From Nemertoderma westbladi (lineage: Eukaryota > Animalia > Xenacoelomorpha): 35,035 nt of DNA. Each line of letters starts with the position of its first letter. Position 1 is the first letter of the stretch. The position numbers were made by a program, and so were the translations under genes. This document shows positions 12,501 to 24,500 of this stretch, one piece after another. The notes below the pieces were generated by a model, which was not told the origin of the DNA, did no database searches, and saw nothing but the letters and a program-made list of their open reading frames with translations. The DNA is taken from contig JAUCBJ010005531.1 of NCBI GenBank assembly GCA_032718475.1, forward strand, positions 1 through 35,035, written 5' to 3'.

Positions 12501-15500
12501 AGTAGTAGGCCTACAGTACATAAGTATATACAACAGTAGTAGGCCTACAGTACATAAGTATATACAAACATTAGTAGGCCTACAGTACATAAGTATATAC
12601 AACAGTAGTAGGCCTACAGTACATAAGTATATACAACAGTAGTAGGCCTAAAGTACATAAGTATATACAACAGTAGTAGGCCTACAGTACATAAGTATAT
12701 ACAAACATTAGTAGGCCTACAGTACATAAGTATATACAACAGTAGTAGGCCTACAGTACATAAGTATATACAACATTAGTAGGCCTACAGTACATAAGTA
12801 TATACAACAGTAGTAGGCCTACAGTACATAAGTATATACAACATTAGTAGGCCTACAGTACATAAGTATATACAACAGTAGTAGGCCTACAGTACATAAG
12901 TATATACAACAGTAGTAGGCCTACAGTACATAAGTATATACAACATTAGTAGGCCTACAGTACATAAGTATATACAACAGTAGTAGGCCTACAGTACATA
13001 AGTATATACAACATTAGTAGGCCTACAGTACATAAGTATATACAACAGTAGTAGGCCTACAGTACATAAGTATATACAACAGTAGTAGGCCTACAGTACA
13101 TAAGTATATACAACATTAGTAGGCCTACAGTACATAAGTATATACAACAGTAGTAGGCCTACAGTACATAAGTATATACAACATTAGTAGGCCTACAGTA
13201 CATAAGTATATACAACAGTAGTAGGCCTACATACATCTATATCTATAACATATATTTTACATTGACCTTTGCCTCTGACCATATTTTTTGTGTTGGACAT
13301 ATGATTTAAAACTGTCAATAAAAAAATGTATTTCCATTTATGTCTCGTATTGCTTCCCATCACAGCCTGCGTCGAAGATATTGACAGAAACGAACACTGT
13401 CCAGGGTGGGCAGCAGCTAACGAATGTATCGATAACCCATCCTACATGTACAACTACTGTCAAACCTCATGTGATTACTGCAGTGATGGGCCTGGACGTA
13501 AGTGGCTAAAAAATAAAATAAATGATATTTTTATGCCGTATATTTTTTTAAAAAGTTGTCGTTTTTTAACTCGGTTGCAAAAAATATGACAAGATTTAAT
13601 TTTATATAAAATATTCTCAGAAAAATTTATTATTTTAAAGTAAAATTGAAGTTCATATTTGACTTAATTTTAAAGCAAAATAACAACAATTTAATTAATT
13701 TGTATTCCTTTGTTTTATCATTTAGTTTAATTTACTTCATTTAATGATTTCTGGTTTTTTTTGCGAACTTTTAAAAGATCAAAAGTTCACTGTCTTCACT
13801 TTCATTTTATATTATTACTAAAAAACAATGGGCTAAATAAATAACAACAATAACTAATAATAATATGCTTATTTTTTTATTTTCAGCAAACAACTGCGCA
13901 GAAATTGGTAAGTGGTTATTATGGGTATAAAATGTTTATAAAATCTACATTTTACACAAAATTTATAATCTCATATATAATATAACACTCTTAAAAAACG
14001 TTTCAACTATTACCAAACTAAGAATGAAATTATTACAAATTATCTAACAATTAGCAATGACTGACAAATAATTAATAACTACTGTACAATAATTCCAACA
14101 ACAAAATGAATAATTAAAATCAGAAATAATATATTGAACTACAGTAATGCTATGTTATTTTTTAATATATTAGGTTGCTTTGAGGAACAAGATATGGACT
14201 TCCATTGTCCGGGTTGGGCTGCTGATGGTGAATGTATAGAAAACCCATCCTACATGTATGAAAATTGTCAGACTTCCTGCAACAAGTGTAATGATGGAAC
14301 AGGTTAGCTAAAATATAGTTCGTTATTTCTAGTACTTTTAATGACAACTCGTGATGTAGATTCAATAATGTTGACTTTTTGACTTTGAGATAAGAAAAGC
14401 CCATGAAATGACGTGAATACTTTCTTATATATACTGTATTATAAGAAAGATAAAGCGAAGTGATTACAACATGTTTCAGTATTATATCATCTTCTGGTAT
14501 ATTAGGCCTACAACAACAACAAAATAGAGAAACAATGAATATAGGCCCAATTATAAGTTCAAAGCTAAAAATACTTTAATTGGTTACTGTGTTATTTGGA
14601 AATCAGGCAGGTCAGGGATTCTAGGTCATTGATCAAGAAAACTTGTCACCACCATGCAGCATTAAGGAGGTGCCACCTGTGGCTGCATAGACCAGACCCT
14701 CTTATTAAGGGCAAATCTGGTCCTGTAACTAGGACCGGACCCCCTTCGTTCTGGGATAAGGACGCCCTTGGTCCTGGATTAAGGACCCATATACTTGGCT
14801 GCAGGGGTATATGGCCTGACCAGGCAGATGGTGATCTACGAATGGCTGGCCTGGAGTAGTGTTCTAATGTCCAATTTGAGTGCACTTCACTGTGACTTGC
14901 ATCTGGCAGCAGAGGTACAGGGCATGGCCCAGCAGATGAGCTGCATAGCCAATGTTCTGTCATGTGCGTCAGAGTAGGTATGGGTGATGGGCCTCATATC
15001 TGACTCCACTGCGAACCTACACTGTGGAATGGCAAACCAGGGTGTGGTATTAGCGCCGAAAGCTGACTTGACAAAAAAAGCACCCCCAACCTCCACTATG
15101 GATTACATTAGTAATGCGGATGTCCAGCCTAGTGGAATTGCTGGACACACATTCCAATTGAATTGGCCTCACAGGCGTCAGTTATCTCCTGTCAGGTGTT
15201 ATATCCATATAAAAGCATAGTAATGTATAGTTTCACTGAACATGATATTAATTCATGTGATACATATTGCTGTATACTGTACATTATACCCAGTATACAC
15301 AAGTACTGCAGTGTACTGCCATACTGACATAAACTGTAGTTTGTATATACAGATGTACGTACATACCGGTCATCCTAATCAGTATCTATGGCATAGGCCA
15401 TGGCCTAAGTAATACTGGACACGACATCAGGCTGCATGTCTTACACTGGAGAGAGAGCAGCCAACATGTAAGTCCCTCTCTTGATTACCTTTCTGGCCCA

Positions 15501-18500
15501 TACCCTGGGTCACCATGGAGGCCAGATTATGAGGGGGAGAGGGATTATGGAGTTGGAGGCTACTCTCTTTTCCACCCTGACCAACCAAGCCATTATTGGT
15601 GAACCTGAGGCAAGTTTCCAGACTAGCCTCAGTTAACATCCTAACACACGGTCCCCCAATGCCACAAGGTGAGTGTGATGATCCGATGTAGGATCATAAA
15701 CAAGATAAATTGATATAAGCAAAGCAATACTGTTTATATTAATATAATACACGTAAACAGGTAAAACAGCAGTATTGCTGTAATCCAGTATGCAGTACAG
15801 AAGTAGTCATGATTACTACTACTAGGATCGGCATGCTGCATTGCAGCTGCATTTTTAAGAATGCTGTGCCGGCTTGTCAACAAAATTGCACCGCCACAAC
15901 TCCCTATCACCCATGACATTTGCTAGATCATCCGCATCTTTAAGGCCAGTGTCCTTTAAGATGCGTCTCAAGAAAGTCATGGGCTGTCCACCATGCTTAT
16001 TCACTCCATGAGGCTGCCAAAGTACAAGATTATGCACTGGCTGGTCCTCACGGCGAAAGCAATGTCCTGCAAAGCGGAGGCGATTTTGTTCTAGTGTCAA
16101 GCTTGGGGGGAACCAATGAGACACCTCCAATGTTATATAGTGTCTGGTTGGAGATGTGTGCATTGTACTTGACACAATGTACCCGGCGTAGCATTCTTGT
16201 GAATGTGCCATCCAGAGATTTGGTGTCCTCAGCAGTTAGAGCCCAGCATGGACTCCCGTAGAGGAGTACTGGAACTACTGCTGCTCTAAATAATCGGACC
16301 TTAAGTCCGATTCATGAGTCATGATTACACTACAGGACTGGTCAGGCTAATATACAGGTACAGCAGTACCAGTAAAGGGTACAGACTACCAGAATATAAC
16401 ATACAGTATCTAAATGTAGTAAGCCATGCATTGGGTCAGTCTCAAGGGATCTCCACACCCCCCTTCTAGCTAAGCATAGGTGACCTAGGGCTCAGCTAAA
16501 CTAAAGATAGTCTGGGGGGTGGATTGTTCGCTGGCTGCGCTGTTGTGGTAACGGCAGAGGCTCAGGTGCGAATTGTACATGCCGCTCTGGCTGTGGCGCA
16601 GTGGTGGTGGTGGGGTCAGTTGAAACCTGGGTTTGCAGCGGTTGAGTGGGTTCCAGAGTTGGGGTGGGGTTGGAAGGTGTAGCTGGGCGTAGAAAGCGGC
16701 GGTTACGGCGGTACACACACCCACTCGCTAGTTTAACCTTATAATCTCTGTGGGGCCCAACTTGTACGATGGTGCCAGTACGATCCCAACGCTAGTGTTG
16801 GGGTCTTGCAGTAGAACTGTGGTTCCCAGGTAGAGACGGGGAAGGCCACGGGTGTGCTGGTCATGGGTTGCCCATTCAGTTGCCTTAACATCTGCGTGAC
16901 CAGCTACGGTCAGCCACCTCGGCTATAGTACACCACTGGGGTGTGATGTGCCAGTACGAGGGAGCGTAAGGGGGCGCCGAATACAATCTGCACAGGGGAC
17001 AGTCCTGTGGACTTCGGAGTGTTCCGCCATTCCAAGAGGCCCTGGTTGAATGCATCTGTTAGGAATCCAGACTTCTTAATCAGGCTCTTCATCGCTTTGA
17101 CTGCTGCCTTGGCGTGGCCATTGCAGGATGGGTTGTAGGGTTAGGAAGGTGAGAGGGAGACACCCCAACATTGGGCAAAGGCACGGAAGTCATGGGTGTC
17201 AAATTGGGGTCCACAATCAGTGCGGAGTCACATAGGTACTCCAGTTGCAGAGAATTCACGTGAGAGAACCCTGGTGACTGCAGACGCTGTGGGAGGGGAC
17301 CTCCACTCCATGACACAGGGCCATCCAGAGAACCGGCAGGTGTAGACAAGGTAGCTATATCCACTAACATCAAATAGGTCTGCAGAGGTGTCCTCGAATG
17401 GTCTGCTTGGTTGGTCCTCCTGGAGTAGTGGTTCATGGGGCTGGCTCGGGCGTGATTCCTGGCAGAGGCCACATGAGTCCACCATGTGACGGATGTCTTC
17501 ACCAATATTAGGCCAGAAAATGGAGAGGCGCATGATGCTTTGTACGTTCAACTCCCTGGTGGGAGGCATGATGTCACTGGAGCACACCTGGGCGCATTCC
17601 CATGGGGACTACTAGTCTATTATCATAGAGGACAAGGGCAGTGTCCCAGGAAAGTTTATCCCGTGGTTTCCAGTATGGGAGGAGCGCGGCCCTAGGTTTA
17701 ATGGGGAAACCATTCTGAAATGCATGGAGGAGTTCCTGGTATGTTGGGTCCAAACTCGCAGCATTCTTGAGAGATAATGAGGGAGTCCACCAGGTGTGTG
17801 GATGATGATAGGGAGGTGGCGAGGGCAGAGACAGTGGCAGGGGAGTAGACTAGGTCCAGTTCATCTGCCAAATCCTCTGCAGTAGGGTCTGCAACTGGGG
17901 CGTGGGACAAGGCATCCGGGATACAATGGGATTACCCGGCAGCCCATATGGTATGGAAGGAGTAGGCCATGGTGTGCTCCTTAAGGCGTTGGAGGCGAGC
18001 GTTCTCCACCTCATCCAGTGTGTGGTGATCGAGGATGGAAACGAGGGGCCGATGATCGGTGACTATTTCAAAGTCTGCCAGGCCAGAGAGGAATATACAG
18101 CACTTCCGGAGTGCCCAGGTGACTGCGAGCAACTCCAGATCAACCATGGCATACCGCCCCTCTGTCTCTGAAATAAAGCGGGAACCACACTGAACTAGGT
18201 GCCGTGACTCACCGTGGTCCTGCAGCAATACATAACCGAGGCCTTTAACACGTGAGGCTCAGTCTGGAGGATGGTAGGGAGGCAGGGTTTAAAGTTTGCC
18301 AGAATAGGGATGGATGTTAGGGCAGCTTTTACAGCTGTGAATGCCTCATCGCGTATTTCCTCCCAGACAAGTGCGTTTTTCTTCTGCAGAAGGGGCCGGA
18401 GTGGTGCAGCTGACGGAGCGATACAACGCATGAATGTACCCAGTTGCTCAACCATGCTGAGGAATGAGCGCAGCTGGGTAATATTGTTTGGCCGTGGGAA

Positions 18501-21500
18501 AGAGGCGATTGCCGCGAGTTTAGCAGGGTCTGCCTCGATACCGGTGGCAGAAATGTAGAAACCAGCAAACTCCATGCGCTCCTGTGCAAAGGCAAACTTC
18601 CCTGGATGCAGGGTGATCCCTGACTCCTGGCAGCGGAGGAGGATTCGGCGGATCAGGTCCACATGGGCAGATAGATTGGGTGAGAAAGCAAGGATATCAT
18701 CGACAATCTTCTGGGTGTGTGGGACAGAGCCAAGAGCAAGGTTGCCCTATATGCAGTATACATCGCCTGTGGAGCAGAGTCCCATCGGGGCACGTACATG
18801 TTTAAAACGGCCCCAGGGGGTGGCGAATGTGGTCAAGTCTTGGGAGGCCTCCTCCAGTGGGAGCTGCCAGTAACCATCCACTGCATCAAGAGTGGAGAAA
18901 AACTGCATCCCACCTGGGATGTCAGAGACAGCATCCCGTGGTGTATGAAGGGGGTAAATTGGCTGGCGGACAAACTTATTGAGTTTAGTTAGGTCTATAG
19001 TTATCCGTACACCTCCACGTTTCTTTGGCACAACGACAAGAGGGTGGCACCATTCAGTAGGTTTTGTCACTGCTACAATAACACCATCGGCCAGCATCTT
19101 GTCAAGTTTTTTCATTGCAGCTTCATGGTAGGCAAGGGGAATGATCCGGGTCCCTTGGACTGCGGAGGGGGTGGCGCCCTCGACCAAGTCAATAGACATT
19201 GGGGGCCCAACCTGGGGTCGGAGTGGGCCCTCCAGGTCAAAGACGTCAGCGAACTCACTGAGGAGTTGTTTGTGGAGGCCCTCAACTGTGGCTGGTGGTG
19301 TTGGGAGATAAGTCAGGTGAATGTCAGTGCATTTTGTCTCCTGTTCAGCCTAGGGGGGCTCATTTAGCACCGGGGGTGGGGGCAGTGGCCCCATTGACTG
19401 CACAGGTGTATAAGGGTGCTGAATGGCCATAGCAGTTGCCATGAGTGGCTGAGGGACTGCGTCATGGTACCTAAGTATCCCCAGTTCAGTGCATGTTCTC
19501 CAGGAGAGAAGTATACCATCATACACCTGGCTGATAAGGAAGGATGTGGAGAGAGAGTGGTTCTGGAAGGAAATAGTGAGAGGCAGGGAGCCACCAATAT
19601 GTAGTGAGAGACCATTGGCGGCTTCTACCTGCTGAGCCGACTCATGTAGTCTGCCTGGCTGTTCCCCAAACCAACCAACTAATGTTAAACCCATAATATT
19701 CACATCGGAACCAGTGTCTGGGAGAACCGGTAGTGTACAGCTGCCACTCGCTCCAGAAATTTTGAGACACAACTGGTCGTTTGGGGTATGTGCCATGTGA
19801 TGTGGAGTCAGTGATCAGATGGGTTCGAAGAAAGCCGACTTTCCCACGAGTAGCAGCAGGTGCAGAGCTGTGACACATCCGCTGCAGGTGGCCGCGACGC
19901 TGACAGTTTTGACAGGTAACCTCATAAGCGGGACAGTCAGAGCGGGTTATGTGAGGGGTGCCCCCACAATTTCCACATTGCCGATCCACAGAGCGGTGAC
20001 TGCCCCGGCGGCAGCCATTGTCACGGGGCAGTTCCCGGGAAGTTGCACGGTACACGGAGCTAGCTGGACCACCAATGTGAACATTTGCATGTTCCCTCAA
20101 AGCTGCCTCCTTGGACCGAGATATGTCAATAACTTCCAGGAGATCTGGGAATGGAGTGCAAGCGAGTAGTTTCTGCTTCGTCTCTGCACAGAGCAGGCCA
20201 GCAGCAAAGCGAACAGTGATTTGGTGGCTGCGGCAGTGGGTGCAAAGTTCTGCCCCCAAATCCTCCAAGGCGATCCGGTATTCATCAACAGTTTCCCCTG
20301 GCCGTTGGATCAGTTAATGAAGTTGACATAGTCGAGGGCAAGGTTGGATTGACCCCGAAGATAAACCTGAAGGGCATCGAGGACAGTACCTGGGGCGAGT
20401 GTGGGATCCCTGAGGTCCAGGGCACAGTTTACTTCGACTGTCCGAATGAGGCGCGATGTAAAAGTTCCTAAAAGAGCTGCCGTTTGCTCATCCACAGGGT
20501 AGGAAGTCAGTCTGTGCTGGCGGACGAAGAATTCCCACTGATGCTGCCAGGTGCGGAACTCTGGGAGTCGGATATCGGCGTCCAGTCGCTCAAGTGCGTG
20601 TGTATCGATGACGCGTGGGTGATGATGCCAGAGGTTAGGGGCGTGATCATCGGCTGTAGGTATGGTGGGTGGTGCCAGAGGGATAGCTGCGCGGGGAAGC
20701 AACGCCTCGATTAGGGCTGCAAGGCACTCATCTGTACAGCGTGCATCCTCTCGGCGTTGTTCTTCGGCAACTCGGCGGTAATCCTCTGTCTCACGTCGAT
20801 GCTGATCATCAGCAACCCGTTGGTGATTGGTGAGCGCACGGAACAGTTCGTTGTATGACAGTTTGCGTGTGTGGTGCGTCTTGGGTGACACAGTAGCAGA
20901 CACATCGGACTCCGACAGCATGCCATCGTGGTCATCAGTGGCTGGAAGTGTGGAGTCACGGGAGTGAGCCATGAGAGTCACGTAAGTTTATAATAATCGC
21001 AGCACCATGTGATGATCCGATGTAGGATTATAAACAAGATAAATTGATATAAGCAAAGAAATATTGTTTAGATTAATATAATACACGTAAACAGGTAAAA
21101 CAGCAGTATTGCTGTAATCCAGTATGCAGAACAGCAGTAGTCATGATTAGACTACAGGACTGGTCAGGCTAATATAAAGGTACAGCAGTACCGGTAAATG
21201 GTACAGACTACCAGAATATAACATACAGTATCTAAACGTAGTAAGCCATGCATTGGGTCAGTCTCAAGGGATCTCCACAGTGAGCTGACTGCATTGGCAG
21301 ATAAGCTTTCTCTTAGCGCAGTGGGTATTCAAGAGCACCGAATGCAGACTGGACAGACTGATGAGGCTCTGATTAAGGACATGGGGGATAGTTGGCGACT
21401 TGCCCTTGCATCAGCAGATGATAGTGGTAATGGCAGAAATGGTCGATTTATGATTCCAACTGCATATGCATCATTGGACAAAATAGACCAAATCTTTAAC

Positions 21501-24500
21501 CGCATCATCCATTGCCACTTCTAATGTTCTGAAAGCCTGTACTCTGCATCAATCACCTACATCACCCTTGGTCTATAGGGATAGTGTTAACCGAAATTCC
21601 TATATGGATTCTAAACTGTGCAGATTTCCTTTAGTTTGTAATCTTCCTCCTGATATGGATGCTAACTGTTCTGATTTCCTTTAGTTTATAGTCTCCATCG
21701 CAATATGGATACTAACTATGCTGATTTGCTTTAGTTTATAGTCTCCATCCCTATGTGGATGCTAACTGTGCTGATTTCCTTTAGTTTGTAATCTTAATTC
21801 TGATATGGATGTTAACTGTGCTGATTTCCTTTCAGCCTTTAGTTTGTAATCTTAATCCCGATAGGGATGCTAACTTTGCTGATTACTTTAGTTTGTAGTC
21901 TCCATCCAATTATGGATGCTAACTATGCTGATTTCCTTTAGTGTATAGTCTCCATCCCGATTTGGATACTAACTGTGCTCAATGCTCCTGCTCCAGCCAA
22001 ATTCTCCAGACTCCAGCTCCGGCTCTGGCCAAATCCTAACTCCAACCGAGCCCTAGATGCTAGCTGTGCTGATTTCCTTTGGTTTGTAGTCTCCATCCCG
22101 ATATGGATGCTAACTCTGCTGATTTATTTTAGTTTGTGCTTACCGACCCGATATGAATGATAACTGTGAAGGATGGGCTGCGGCTGGAGAATGCACCACT
22201 AACCCTCGCTACATGTATAACTACTGCCAGGACAGCTGTAACTACTGTGACTGTGACAACCAAGGGACCTGCATAGAGCAACCGGATATTGGTCCTATAT
22301 GTGATGGATTGGCTGCGGCTGGTGAATGTACTGTCAACCCGAGTTACATGTATCAACACTGCCAAACTGCTTGTAACAAATGTAACGATGGTACAGGTGA
22401 GAGTTACTTTCTTATATTAATGAATGTGTGAAATGATTTATTGATGTTATTGAATAAACTAATCTACCATATAAATTTTAATTTAATAACTTAAAATAAA
22501 ATAATTTTAATAACATTTTAATTAATCATTATTAGGGTTTAAAAAAAACACTGTTTCCAAAAATCAATTTGTTTAAAACGTTTTTTTTTGGTTTTTTTAT
22601 GTTTTTTATTGTTTTTTATGTATTTTAAGCTGTTACTTCATTTTAATCTATCTATCTATCTATCTAAGGCCTACAGTAGGCCTATTAAAAAAATTTATAC
22701 AATATTTTATTATGATATTCAATATTTTATTATACAATTTAATGTACAATGACGACCAACTATGACACACACCAACAGCAACACTACTGACATGACAGTA
22801 TTATCAAACTACACAGAAACATAAAGAGTAAGTAGTCACTGTCACTCCCATCCTCCCCATCATCCTCATCAATTTCAACACAGTCCTCGGATTCCACATC
22901 TTCTTCGGAAACCACCGCGACATCACAGCTTCTAGCTACTCGGAAGCTGTGGGCTACAGCCTCCCTTTCCCTTGCCTTAGCAGCTGCAGTCGACTCCAGG
23001 CGGCGATTGAAAGAAATCAGCATTAGCTGATTTACACGACGAGTGAGGAGGTTCCCTTAAGAGCTGGCGGCTGTTCATCTGCTCAACAGAGGCACTTGAT
23101 GGGACAATTGAGAGGGCACGCTGGGAAATTGGGAAGAGTGGTGTCCCCTGAAGAAAGGCCCCCTACCATGCCAAGGGGGGAGCTAGTTTCTCTGCTGTAG
23201 AATGACGTGGATGGCATCCGATGCATTTGCAGTATCTGCCCAGAGAAAACTGGCTGCGAATACACCCTGATGGGTTTGGAATTGTGCCATATCACATATA
23301 AACTTCCCATCACTCCAGGACGACAGAAACTTGCAGCCAGCTACAACCTCTTCTGGATTTAGATCTCGGCCACAGCGGTGTGGATCAAAAATATTTGCAG
23401 CGAAATGAACTGAGGACTTCCCTAAGATAAATTGGCATCATTTTTTAAACTTCTTCTTGAATACCCCCTCATCCCCTTCGACAGAGGTGAGCGGCTGATG
23501 ACACCCTCATCAATAAACACGTTCTCAAGCTCCCGTAACATCATAGGTACAAATGAGGTGCAAGATGTATCACTCTCCATGATCTTAATCCACTGTGTAA
23601 TAACACGAAATACATCACTCACTGTCTTTACCTGAGACCAGAATATATCACTCAGGAGGTCATTCTTAATTTCTTTCACGTCATCCGAAACATCATGGTT
23701 CACAGCCAGGAGTTCCAGTGCAGCGCAGTTATTGGCAATGCTATCCAAACATTGAATCCAAAATCATCCAGGTAACCACAGGTTGCTTCAGTGACTCAAT
23801 GGAATTCTGTTTAAAGGCATTCCGCAAAACTCCAACATTGTTTACCTTGCGAACAATAAGTTTATCTGTAGACAGAAACCCCTGAATGGAAGGGAGTGCG
23901 AAGAAATCTTCTAGCAAGAGGTTGAGGCCATGACATGCGCATCCTAGTGTCACAACTTCTGGGTATTCAACCTCCACCTTCACACATGCTCCCTTCATGT
24001 TCTTTGCATTGTCTGTGACAACCGCAGAGACTCGGTGCTCCCCAACAACCTTGATTTGAGTGATGTTTTCATCCGCAATGAAGTCACTAGTATGATGCTC
24101 TGTTGGGGAGGTGGATGCTAAGAACATTGGCATTGGATCACAGATCATATAGTTAAGTTAATTATACTCTCGCTACGAATATTGGTCACTGACATCACTG
24201 ACAAGAGTTAGGATTCTATTATCCACAGCCTCCAATCTTCCCTTGATCATTGTCTCGACCTTTGCTACATCCTTTGCTACCTCATTGCCCAGGAAGGTGT
24301 CTGCGACACTATATGAACTTGGGAGTATGAATCCTGGGTTGAGGCTTGTTGCCACTAGAAAGTAGGACCCAGTATTTTCCAAATTTACATTTATTCAAAG
24401 TGCGAATTATTCGATAAATATCGTTAAAACTTTACTAAAATTATATTATTTTTGTTAATGAAATGTCTAACTATAATGTTACATTGGTTATACGCGAATT

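Larger units (their letters stand above)
15674..21279 (-). mobile_element. Full-length but decayed Ty3/Gypsy LTR retrotransposon (Mag-like)
   Basis: TG...CA LTRs at 21008-21279 (272 bp) and 15674-16457 (interrupted). 5-bp TSD GTGAG at 15669-15673 and 21280-21284. PBS-like TGGTGCTGCG next to the 5' LTR and PPT AGAAGGGGGG at 16458-16467. Gag has twin knuckles CGNCGGTPH...CPA...CQNCQRRGHLQRMC. Pol motifs: protease LPDTGSD, RT (LDAVDGYWQ, KIVDDIL), RNase H (YAMVDLELLAV), integrase (DSCGLCQ, SADLFD), in PR-RT-RH-IN order. Many frameshifts and stops. Confidence 0.95.
15430..21575 (+). mobile_element. Decayed non-LTR retrotransposon (RTE-like) 5' part with AP-endonuclease N-terminus, split by the Gypsy insertion
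   Basis: Removing 15674-21284 restores one frame from 15620: RLASVNILTHGPPMPQGE|LTALADKLSLSAVGIQEHRMQ...NRIIHCHF. This matches the APE motifs 'xN(I/V)xT' and 'GIQE(H)R'. The outer boundaries are approximate. Confidence 0.7.

Noticed and set aside
6754-13231. CRISPR-like array (34-bp palindromic repeats)
   Set aside because: The units are head-to-tail with no unique spacers, there are no cas genes, and the context is a eukaryotic intron.
13326-13589. Single-exon secreted toxin MYFHLCLVLLPITA-C... with an apparent signal peptide
   Set aside because: The hydrophobic leader is the translated polypyrimidine tract before cacag|13366, and the tail reads through a GTAAGT donor. An internal exon explains it better, although an alternative start cannot be fully excluded.
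16292-16312. Hairpin AATCGGAC-CTTAA-GTCCGATT at the LINE 5' junction
   Set aside because: The 8-bp stem overlaps LINE coding sequence (LKVRL) and could be native or chance.
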